Below the pieces are notes generated by a model. The model worked only from the letters and a program-made list of their open reading frames with translations, did no database searches and had not been told where the DNA came from. A DNA stretch of 56,144 bases from Macrostomum lignano. Its lineage: Eukaryota. Where the stretch lies: contig NIVC01002455.1 in assembly GCA_002269645.1 (NCBI GenBank), forward strand, positions 183,159 through 239,302, read 5' to 3'. Made by a program: the position numbers and the translations under genes. Positions 1 through 11,200 of this stretch are shown here, piece after piece (the stretch's first letter is position 1; each line of letters begins with the position of its first letter).

Positions 1-5
1 CAAAC

Positions 6-2053
6 ATGTTGCTCGAATTCGCACTGTCGCTGTCCTTCTACTGCTGCTGCTGCTGCTGCTTTTGCAGAAGCGGCAGCGGCAGTTGCGGCTCTCAAGCGGC
101 CGGACTCCGCCAGGACCCGGCGGCCGCCATTTCTCGCCAGCTGCCGGCCTTCTTTGCCAAAGCGCTGCGGTTCGGCCGGCGCTTCCGCTTCCACCTGTAC
201 CTGCAGGGCCTGAGCCGCCGCTTCGGCCCCGTGACGGCCTTCCGGCTCGGCACGCAGCGCTTCGTCCTCATCAGCGGCCACGCCGCCCTGCGCGAGGCGC
301 TGATCGGCCGCGGCGACGCCTTTGGCTACCGCATGGACACGCCGTTCTTCCGCTACCTGTCAAGGAAGCGCGGCCTCGCCATGTCCGACGGGCCTCTCTG
401 GGCGGAGCATCGTCGTCGATTCGCCGTGCGCGCCTTCCGCCGGCTGGGCCTCGGCGGGCCGCAGGCGGAGGCGCTGATCGAGGCGGAGTGCCGCAGTCTG
501 CTGGATGCGCTGGCCGACGCCCTCGACGGCCGCGCGTCGGCTGAAGTCGACGCGAGTGGTAAGGAAATTTTTTAGAATTTCGAACTTTTCGAGTGCGCGC
601 TTCCAGTACTGAGCAGAGAGCATTTGGAACTTTGAAAATCTCAGTCTGACCAGTTTTCCGTCCAGCTTACTTGGCCAAATTTTTACTTTGCCTCCAATGG
701 CCGTCTCGTGCGTCATTCGCATTTTCTGGTTTAAGAGTTCAGATTGGAGCAGTTTTATCTGGCTTGACTGCATTCTTGCTGTGCCCTATTCTACTGAGAA
801 CTCTGCTCACCCGCCCCCCCTCCCCGCCTTCAGACTTGATCACGCGGGCCATTGTTAACGTCATCTCTCAGCTGCTCTTCTCAACCCGAGCCGACTACTC
901 AGACAGTGAGCTGTCGGAGTACGTGTCCCACCTCAGCACGCTGACCCACGGAGACTTTGTCACCCTGCTCATCACCTGCTACCCCTGGCTCCCCATCCGC
1001 CTATGCTGGCCCTGTCGTCCGGGGCTCGAGCTCTGGACCGCAGCAACAACTGGGTTTTGGAGTTCATGCGCACCCGAGTGGAGGCTGTCCGGGCCGGCCG
1101 GATGGATCCGAACTTCTGGACGGACCCGGACAGCCAGCCGGCCAACTATGTCGAGGCCTACCTGCTGGAGCAGCAGCGACAGCTCCGGGAGACCGGCAGC
1201 GTTGGCACCTTCGACGACTACCAGCTGTACCGCTCCGCTTACGACATCTACCTGGGCGGCACCGAGACATCCGCAAACAGCCTGCGCTGGCTGCTGCTCA
1301 TGGCCGCCTGCACCCCGACATGCAGCGTCGCTGCCGCCTGGAGGTGGCCGCCGCCATCGGCACCGACTGGAGGCCAGTCAGCATGGCCGACAGAGAGAAG
1401 CTGCCGTCACCAGGGCCTTCATTGAGGAGACTCTGCGCCTGGTGGTACCGCTGCCACTGGGGGTCAACAGCCGCGTAGTCAGGGTGAGGACTCGGGGTCA
1501 CTAGGGTGGGGACTTGGGGGGTCACCAGCCCAGGGTGAGGGCTGGGAGGGGGGGTCACCAGCCCAGGGTAGGGCTGGCGGGTCAGCAGCTAAGGTTTGGA
1601 TTTGGGGGGGGGTCAAAATACGCTAACAGCCCCTCCCTACCATGCCCCCTGACCTGCACTGCCCAGGCCACGGAGGTGCTGGCTGCACCGTGAGAGCCGA
1701 GCGACTTCGTGATGCTGAACCTGTTCGCCACGCACCGGGACCCGGAGCACTTCCCGGAGCCGGAGCGGTTCAATCCCGAGAGGTTCATCGAGCCGGAGTC
1801 CGGGCGCTGCCGCCGGCTGGACCAGGCCGTGAGCTTCGGCATCGGGCGCCGGGCCTGCCTGGGCGAGCAGCTGGCGCAGCGCGAGCTGCTGACCCTCTTC
1901 GGCTCGCTGCTCAGCCGCTTCCGATTTGAGCTGGGCGACGCCGAGAAAGCCGAGCCGGAGAGGCTGGAGGAGCTGATGCTGGGATCCATCGGCCTCATCA
2001 GAGCCCCCGAGACCATCGCCTGCGGATCACCCGCTGTCGACTGGAGCCGATGA
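6..2053 (+). CDS. Cytochrome P450, clan 2 (CYP2-like), 3 exons; at least 7 single-base frameshifts (consensus errors or a young pseudogene)
   Basis: Exons 6-558, 834-1483, 1667-2053 with GT-AG boundaries (GTAAG 559, CAG 831-833, GTGAG 1484, CAG 1664-1666). Across frames: hydrophobic anchor + PPGP, WAEHRRRF (helix C), GGTETS (helix I), EETLR (ExxR), PERF, and heme motif FGIGRRACLG. Confidence 0.85.
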
Positions 2054-2106
2054 AAAAATCGATGATTGAAATCGAATTTTTTATTCTGTACACAACTGAC
2101 AGTCTT

Positions 2107-2120
2107 GTTGCCATGGTAAC
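2107..2120. promoter_or_regulatory. RFX X-box, GTTGCCATGGTAAC
   Basis: Exact match to the 14-bp palindromic consensus GTTRCCATGGYAAC. Confidence 0.6.
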
Positions 2121-2396
2121 AAGTCTGAAACTGCCAGACAATTTGTTGCCAACTCGAAATTGCGCCATTGCTCCATTTCTTAGTTATGTCTAGCAGTGCA
2201 TTTCTCCAGATCATCATCGCGTATTTTACTGCGCGGTTCACCTTCATGTAGATTTGTCAGTCTTTTAGCTCGTGGCTTCTTTACAAAACAATTTTTCGCA
2301 TTGTTAGCTCGCAGTTTGTTGCTATGGAGAAACTGAAGGATTTTAAATGTGCGACTTCTGTTTTTCATTTGCTTGTTTTCTGATCAGAGCTTAGGA

Positions 2397-2743
2397 TGAG
2401 GTTGAGAGCTTTACCTTCAGGAGGCTGAGAGCTTTACCTTCAGGAGGCTGAGAGCTTTACTTCAGGAGGCTGAGAGCTTTACCTTCAGGAGGCTGAAGCT
2501 TTAATTTCAGGAGGCTGAGAGCTTTACTTCAGGACTGAGAGCTTTACCTTCAGGAGGCTGAGAGCTTCCTTCAGGAGGTTGAGAGCTTTACTTTCAGGAG
2601 GCTGAGAGCTTTAGCTTCAGGAGGCTGAGAGCTTTACCTTCAGGGGGTTGAGAGCTTTACCTTCAGGAGGCTGAGAGCTTTACCTTCAGGAGGCTGAGAG
2701 CTTTACCTTCAGGAGGCTGAGAGCTTTACCTTCAGGAGGTTGA
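2397..2743. repeat. 23-bp minisatellite (GAGAGCTTTACCTTCAGGAGGCT), about 15 copies
   Basis: Tandem units read directly. Confidence 0.95.
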
Positions 2744-2882
2744 TACCACGAAATTCTGTGGAAAAGAACACACTTCAGTAGCTTCAGGTGGCTGAAGCTG
2801 AAGCCCAGACAGAAGGCCAGTTCACTCACAGAGCGCCTTAGTCCAATCCAAAGCTGGCAAGGGCCAGGGGATCTCAGGGCCA

Positions 2883-3670
2883 ATGGGAAGCGACCTGCAA
2901 GTAAGTCCGCTTGCGTTTTAAAGAAATCAACCTACCGTGCGCCACCCAAGCCTCCGGAGCTCACTGAGGGTGGGGAAATGAGCTCCAGCTTCCCTTACGC
3001 CTCATCAGTCTCCTCGATTCCGCTGCGAGGACGCCATCGATGAGCCACGCGCCAGCGCCAAAGTCGGCGTCGACGCCGCAGAAGGCCCCATCGACGATGA
3101 CCGGCGCTGGCACCGACGTCTGCGTCGTGGCATTTGAAGGTCGCCGATTCGCCCTCGCCGGGCTGAGCAGCGGCACGACATGCGGACGCGATTTTTGCCC
3201 TCCTGTGGCACCGCGAGCGACGGCGGAGTCAGACGGCGACATCTTCGGCGTCGGAGATCTGGAAGGCGGCGGCCGACTTCGAGCTGCTGGCCGAGATGCC
3301 AGACGCGTCGAGCGAAGCGCGCCCGCGGCCACCTGCCGCTGCTGCGGGTCGCCAACCTCCTTCGGCGTCGATGGAGCGCCTGCGGCAGCTCGCGGCCGCC
3401 GCTGCTGCAGGTTCGACCGCGGCGCTCCCACTGGATGTCCGCTTCCGCTGCCACGGCAGCCGCGGCTCAACCACCAGTCGACAACAATCGGAGGAGGAGG
3501 AGGAGGACATCATCAGCGACTGGATGCGCCGGCTCAACCTTCTGGGACCGAGGGCTGAAGAAGGCGAAGCAGCTGCCGCGGCCGCTTCATCCTCTGACGC
3601 TGGCGACAGCGGCTTCGGCACGGAGACGGAGCGCTGCTGTGACCTGGTGTTCTACGCCACTCTGGTGTAG
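2883..3670 (+). CDS. Orphan two-exon ORF with a broken frame near 3130-3170; disordered protein ending DSGFGT...ATLV
   Basis: ATG 2883 (MGSDLQ), donor GTAAGT 2901, acceptor CAG 3006-3008; in-frame TGA at 3135; another frame open 3167-3670 with protein-like, GC-rich codons. Confidence 0.4.
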
Positions 3671-3686
3671 CGGACTGGGGGCTGGG

Positions 3687-4954
3687 GGATTGCTAATCTA
3701 TGGTGTGGATTGCTAATCTATGGTGTGGATTGCTAATCTATGGTGTGGATTGCTAATCTATGGTGTGGATTGCTAATCTATGGTGTGGATTGATAAGCTA
3801 TGCTGTGGATTGCTAATCTATGGTGTGGATTGCTAATCTATGGTGTGGATTGCTAATCTATGGTGTGGATTGCTAATCTATGGTGTGGATTGCTAATCTA
3901 TGGTGTGGATTGCTAATCTATGGTGTGGATTGCTAAGCTATGGTGTGGATTGCTAATCTATGGTGTGGATTGCTAATCTATGGTGTGGATTGCTAATCTA
4001 TGGTGTGGATTGCTAATCTATGGTGTGGATTGCTAATCTATGGTGTGGATTGCTAATCTAAACTCGATGCTAATCTACGCTGTGGATTGCTAATCTATGT
4101 TGTGGATTGCTAATCTACGCTGTGGATTGCTAATCTACGCTGTGGATTGCTAATCTACGCTGTGGATTGCTAAGCTACGCTGTGGATTGCTAATCTAGCA
4201 CGTGGATTGCTAATCTAGACTGTGGATTGCTAATCTACACTTTGGATTGCTAATCTAGACTGTGGATTGCTAATCTACGCTGTGGATTGCTAATCTACGC
4301 TGTGGATTGCTAATCTACGCTGTGGATTGCTAATCTATGTTGTAGATTGCTAATCTATGTTGTGGATTGCTAGTCTACACTGTGGATTGCTAATCTATAC
4401 TTGGATTGCTAATCTACGCTGTGGAGTGCTAATCTATGTTGTAGATTGCTAATCTATGTTGTGGATTGCTAATCTACACTGTGGACTGCTAATCTAGACT
4501 GTGGATTGCTAATCTACACTGTGGATTGCTAATTTAGACTGTGGATTGCTAATCTATACTGTGGATTGCTAATCTAGACTGTGGATTGCTAATCTATACT
4601 GTGGATTGCTAATCTATACTGTGGATTGCTAATCTAGACTGTGGATTGCTAATCTATACTGTGGATTGATAATCTATACTGTGGATTGCTAATCTAGACT
4701 TTGGATTGCTATCTATGTTGAGGATTGCTAATCTAAACTCGATGCTAATCTATACGCTGTGGATTGCTAATCTATACTGTGGATTGCTAATCTAGACTGT
4801 GGATTGCTAATCTATACTGTGGATTGCTAATCTAGACTGTGGATTGCTAATCTAGACTGTGGATTGCTAATCTATACTGTGGATTGCTAATCTAGACTGT
4901 GGATTGCTAATCTAGACTGTGGATTGCTAATCTATACTGTGGATTGCTAATCTA
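3687..4954. repeat. 20-bp minisatellite (TGTGGATTGCTAATCTANNN), about 63 copies, with zoned variants
   Basis: 5' half has the CTATGG variant; 3' half has CTACGC, CTAGAC and CTATAC variants. Confidence 0.95.
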
Positions 4955-6177
4955 GCCAAAGCTACACAGGAATCGCACATGAGTTGCCAGCCTCCAGTCC
5001 ACATTCCTATCTAGTCAAGACGGCCGATAATTTTAGCGCTGAAGTTTTGCTTGTTAAGCTGTCATTCTGTCACTCTGAACCCCACAAGGGTCTGCATGCA
5101 CCCAGCCATATCCAGGTGGATAATTGCTTTGACAGCAAATTTTCTTATCTGGTCACTTGACTGCTGCTATTATTGCTAAAAAATGCTTAAATAAAAGTTA
5201 ATTTGCACGCACTCGGCCCAAACGCACTGATCCTGTTCTTTGCGGGAGCCCGCCGCCCCCACTCAGCCAAATTAGGAAATCGCCAACCACCCCCTGCCTT
5301 TCTCTCTCTCAGTAGATTAAGTCGCCGACAATAAAAACTAACTCTCTTTGCCCACCTCCCCAACTGGTTGAGTCATGGAATTCTCTAACTAATGTCTGGA
5401 TGCATCGTGTTGAAGAGAAACCAGCACACTCGATTCGCAGTCAGTGATTCGCAAGTGAGGTCTTTGTTTGGATTCCGTCAAGGGAGATTCTGATGCGGAC
5501 AGATGCAACATCTCTTAATTGAAGTTTGAAATATTGTGTCCAGAGTTTCAAGTCCAGATTTCTAGCTTTAAGAGTCCATGTCGCAGCAGTCCATGTACCG
5601 AAATAAAAACCGGCCGCTGGTGCTCACTATAAAACTATGCGGAATGGCTGGGGACTTTATTGCAGCCAGCATGCGGCCGTGGAAGCCCGGCGGCCCGCGC
5701 TTGTAAATGGGAGTCGAACCACCAACCCCAAGCCATTGTCCGCGGGATATTTTCTGTCTTTCTGCCAGGTGGAGAAGCCCGCACAGCATTCTCAATAATT
5801 TTTTTGTCGTTTTTCTATTCCAAAATTATCGAGATTTCTGCGACTTCTGTCTTGTTTCTCATTGCCCTCTGCCGTCTGCCTCACTGTCTGTGGACCGCTG
5901 CTCCGGCACTTCCCGGCCTTCAGTCGTTTCTCTCAGCTCGGACTCTGTGGGTGCTCATAAATATTTGCCTTTTCCCCCTGTCTTTCAGGAAGAGTCAAAC
6001 CAAATTTCCCTTTGGTGAGAAGCGCCACAGGTGAAAAATTATTGCAGCTGTTTAGGTCTGGCGGGGCGGCTTCTTGTGTTGGATTGCTTTAAGTCAAACA
6101 CAGACAGAGCGTCCTTGGAGCATGAGTCAGCGCAATGAGTAGGCTGAGAATTAAAACAGTTCACTGATGTTATATGC

Positions 6178-7247
6178 AGGATTAGAGACTGTGGAAGGAG
6201 ATTAGTGAGGTTGTGAGAGGATTAGGGAGTGTGTGAGGATTAGGGAGTGTGTGAGAGGATTAGGGAGTGTGTGAGAGGATTAGGGAATGGGAGAGAAGAT
6301 TATGGAGTGTGAAAGGATGAAATGTGAGAGAGGATTAGGAAGTGTAAAAAAGGATTGGGAAGTGGGAGAGATGATTTGGGAGTGTGAGAGGCTTAAGGAG
6401 TGTAAGAGGATTGGGGAGTGTAAGAGGATTGGGGAGTGTGAGAGGATTAGTGATTGTGAGAGGCTTAAGGAGTGTAAGAGGATTAGGGAGTGTGAGAGGA
6501 TTAGGGAGTGTGTGAGAGGATTAGGGAGTGTGTGAGAGGATTAGTGAGTGTGAGAGGCTTAAGGAGTGTAAGAGGATTGGGAGTGTGAGAGGATTAGTGA
6601 TTGTGAGAGGCTTAAGGAGTGTAAGAGGATTAGGGAGTGTGAGAGGATTAGTGATTGTGAGAGGCTTAAGGAGTGTAAGAGGATTAGGGAGTGTGTGAGA
6701 GGATTAGGGAGTGTGTGAGAGGATTAGTGAGTGTGAGAGGCTTTAGGAGTGTACGAGGATTGGGAGTGTGAGAGGATTAGTGATTGTGAGAGGCTTAAGG
6801 AGTGTAAGAGGATTAGGGAGTGTGTAGGAGGATTCGGGAGTGAGGAAGAGGATTAGGGAGTGTTTGAGAGGATTAGGGAGTGTGGGAGAGGATTAGGGAG
6901 TGTGTGAGAGGATTAGGGAGTGTTTGAGAGGATTAGGGAGTGTGTGAGAGGATTCGGGAGTGAGGAAGAGGATTAGGGAGTGTTTGAGAGGATTAGGGAG
7001 TGTGTGAGAGGATTAGGGAGTGTTTGAGAGGATTAGGGAGTGTGTGAGAGGATTAGGGAGTGTTTGAGAGGATTAGGGAGTGTGTGAGAGGATTAGGGAG
7101 TGTGTGAGAGGATTAGGGAGTGTGGGAGAGGATTAGGGAGTGTGTAGGAGGATTCGGGAGTGAGGAAGAGGATTAGGGAGTGTTTGAGAGGATTAGGGAG
7201 TGTGTGAGAGGATTAGGGAGTGTGGAAGAGGATTAGGGAGTGTGGGA
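6178..7247. repeat. 18-20-bp purine-rich minisatellite (GAGAGGATTAGGGAGTGTGT)
   Basis: Tandem units read directly; most contain GGATTA and TTAGGG. Confidence 0.95.
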
Positions 7248-8203
7248 GTCGGTTAGCTAAAAGCAGCAATGAGAGGAAACAAGCATAGGAATTCAATTTC
7301 AACGCAGCCTGATGAATTCTTAGAAACAGACTGGAAACCAATGGAAAAGAGGCAGAGAGCAGCCAGGGGAAAAAGTCACCACAATCCTAAATCGCGGACG
7401 GACACCAGAAGTGCCAGCAGGGCGCGGAGGCGGTCCTTCAGAGCTCGTCCGCGGCTTCTCTCCCGCTCTCTTCAATCTGGGTCTTTGCTGCGAGAGAAAA
7501 TAGTCGCGGATCTCCAAGCTGCATCTCAAATTTCAGAAGAAGCTTGAATTCCTTTCAATAAGGGAGACTTATTATGCGAGGGTTTGTGGGAGCAAGAAGC
7601 AACATTCTAGTATTATTTCCTCTCCAGACTTATTATTTCATCCACCATCTCAATTTGTCTACTTAAAGTAGTCTAGATTAGAAAAATTGTTTAAATATGC
7701 CGTTAAAATACGAGCAGTCAGTGTAGCATCAACGTCAACTTTTATTTGCTTTATTCCTCTATTGTATTTGTATTTAATAATAGTTAATTACCAGTAGCAA
7801 ACTGAATTAATTTGATAGTTAATGCAGACAAAAGTACAATAAGCTTAATTTATGCATGGTAGAAATAGACTTTAAACTTGGAGCTGGCGGTGGAGTAGGC
7901 CGGGGACTCAAGGTGTCTAGTGACAGAAGAAACACAGGAGGAACAGTGTACTTTATTTGTGCCAATAAGCGCCGCCCAGCCCGACCCCAGCCTGTACATT
8001 TACATCAGTAGTTAATTCAGTAGTTGATGTCGAACATTTGCCTTATTATTCTCTACGAACCATTAAAAACGGAGATATCAAAATAAATTCAAAACGAGAA
8101 GGAAAAAAGTTGTTTAAGCGCTCGCTGGGGACAACAGAAAGAAGAAGGAAACTTTTTTTGAGTTCCCCAGCGGAAGTGCTTCCGCTTTGCTGGTCCGCTG
8201 CTC

Positions 8204-11200
8204 TTAGAAGGAGTGAATCTGGATGCTGCCCCGCAGGCCGCCGCACTGCACCTCATCAATGTAGAGCGTGTTGGCCTTGATCTGGATCTCCTCCTCCAGG
8301 TCCAGCTGCCGCCTCAGCAGCCCCTTCAGCGAGTCGCGGCTGGCGGCCAGGCGCTGCGAGAGAGCCTCCACCGAGGCTTGGATGCCGCCCACCTCTTCGA
8401 CGAGCCTGGGAGGAAATGGCATTTTTTAAAGATTTTTTTGTAAATATTTTAGTTGTGAAGTCGCGTCAGACACAGCTGAGTGTACGGAATAAGCCCGGCG
8501 ATGCTGAGGGATTAGCGGCGCTGTTAATAAAGATAATAAATATTACATTTAAACTGAGATTGAACCTACAGGCGAGTCGTAGAAACCACTGACCTTAGAT
8601 ATAAGCTTGTACTTTTAAGTGATTACAAGCGTACTTTATTCTCCAGGCACCTAGACTAGAGCGTACTTTGATCTCCAGGCACCTAGATTAGAGTGTACTT
8701 TGATTTCCAGGCACCTACTAGACTAGAGTGTACTTTGATCTCCAGGCACCTACTAGACTAGAGTGTACTTTGATCTCCAGGCACCTAGATTAGAGTGTAC
8801 TTTGATCTCCAGGCACCTAGATTAGAGTGTACTTTGATCTCCAGGCACCTAGACTAGAGTGTACTTTGATTTCTAGGCACCTAGACTAGAGTGTACTTTG
8901 ATCTCCAGGCACCTAGACTAGAGTGTACTTTGATCTCCAGGCACCTACTAGACTAGAGTGTACTTTGATCTACAGGCACCTAGATTAGAGTTTACCTTAC
9001 ACTTTACTCTCCAAGCAGCTAGGTTACTATTTAAGCCACCTAGATGAGTTATATAAACTTACCTCCAAAGTAAATTTGAATAGAATTTAGAATAGAATAG
9101 CTTAGTATCCAAGCAAACTATATTAAAACTTAGCTCTCTACACAACTATAAATTAAAGTGTCCAGGCACTTTGACAAGATTTTAACGATCGAGAAAGCAA
9201 GTGCGGGGCTCTTGGAAACCGGCCCTCCCCTCGCAGTCGAACCTGAATCCAACGCAGTCCAGCTTTGAACGGTCGACACAGTTTCTGCTGCGGTTTTTTC
9301 AAAGAGTTTCTTATGGCCAGGTGAAAATTTATGATAGGCAGTGAGTCACTTCCTTTCAACTGGTTGAGCAAGCAAACCCTGCCCCTTGGCTCTCCTCATC
9401 CTTACCTGAACTGGGCGGGGTCGCGGCACTGCTCAACGTTGGGTCGGGCGCCGCGCACCTTCAGCCTGGTCTCCGCCACCTTCAACGGCTGCTCCTTCTC
9501 GGCGATGGCCGACTCCAGCTTGTCGATGTTGACCTCCATGTCCTTGACCTCGGCCAGCACTTGGGCGAGGTGCTCCTCGAGCTTGGCCTTGGAGTCGCGG
9601 GTCTCGGCGACTCGGCGCTTCACGGCGATATCGACGCAGCTCTTCTGCTTCTCCAAGTCGTTGGCCACCGCCTGCAGGATGCCGTCAACGATGGAGCACA
9701 TGTGGGCGGAGTTTTGGCGCTGTTTCTCAGCCTCCAGGATGTTGCGGTTGCTTAACTCCTGCCACTCCTCAGGGCTGACGGACCTGCAATGGCGGGTGGG
9801 GACAGTCGGGCTTTGAAGTCGGCTTTTTGGTGCATTTTCCGCAGAAAAGGGTGAGAGATGAAGAGAGAAGCAGAGCGAGGTGAGAGAAGACTTGGATGCT
9901 GAGCTTTGAAAGCTGAGAAGCCTCAGAGGAAGGGAGGGGGGCGGAGAGGAAGAGAGGGGCGGAGAGGAAGGGAGAGGGACGGAGAGGAAGGGAGAGGGGC
10001 GTAGAGGAAGGGAGAGGGGCGGAGAGGAAGGGAGAGGGGCGGAGAGGAAGGGAGATGAGCGGAGAGGAAGGGAGAGGGGCGGAGAGGAAGGGAGGGGCGG
10101 AGAGGAAGGGAGATGAGCGGAGAGGAAGGGAGAGGGGCGGAGAGGAAGGGAGATGAGCGGAGAGGAAGGGAGAGGGGCGGAGAGGAAGGGAGATGAGCGG
10201 AGAGGAAGGGAGAGGGGCGGAGAGGAAGAGAGGGGTGGAGAGAGAGGGAGAGGGGCGGAGAGGAAGGGAGAGGGGCGGAGAGGAAGGGAGATGAGCGGAG
10301 ATGAAGGGAGAGGGGCGGAGAGGAAGGGAGAGGGGCGGAGAGGAAGGGAGAGGGACGGAGAGGAAGGGAGATGAGCGGGGAGAGAGACGGAGGAAGTTTC
10401 ACAGAAATCACAAGGCCTGAGTCATGAATCGGACAAGATGCAGAACAACAGATGCAAAGTCAAAAAGCCAAAGAGCGCGCCACCAACTTGCTGTCGATGC
10501 CCACGGCGCAGGGCGACCTGCCCAGGCCGGCCGAGTTGCCCTTGAGCGCCACGCAGTGCGAGTCGAGCTGCTCGGCGCTCCGCTTGTCCGCGATATCCTT
10601 CTCCAGCTGGTACTTGGCCTTGCGGTTCAGCCTGAGCTGCTCCTTGGCCTGCTCGAGCGTCTTCAAGAGCAGCGCCTGGGCGCCCTGGTTCACCTCCACC
10701 TCCTTCAGCAGCTCCTTCTGGACATCGTCGTGGACCAGGTCGATGCCGATGCGGCCCTCACTGCAGGGGTTGATGAGCTTTCAGGGTAATTCCTAACTGA
10801 CTACTCAAGTAGAAGATGCTGGGAGGACACACTACCAGACACTACCAGACACTACCAGACACTACCAGACACTACCAGACACTACCAGACACTACCAGAC
10901 ACTACCAGACACTACCAGACACTACCAGACACTACAGACACTACCATGACACTGCCAGACACTGCCAGACACTACCAGACACTACCAGACACTACCAGAC
11001 ACTACCAGACACTACCAGACACTACCAGAGCACCACTTCACATTCTTTGCTTGCTACTCTTTCAGTAGGGTGTTGTAGCCTAGTGTTCAGAGCGTCGGTT
11101 CACGACTGAAAGGTCGGGGTTCAGTTCTTGCCCTTGAGCAAAGCACAACTCTGCATTGCTTCAGTTCAACCAGCTGTAAAATGGGTGCCAGCATTAGCTG

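Noticed and set aside
2883-2900. N-myristoylation of the orphan protein (MGSDLQS)
   Set aside because: Position 6 is Gln rather than Ser/Thr, and the start codon itself is uncertain.
6178-7247. Interstitial telomere
   Set aside because: TTAGGG occurs once per 18-20-bp unit, not as (TTAGGG)n.
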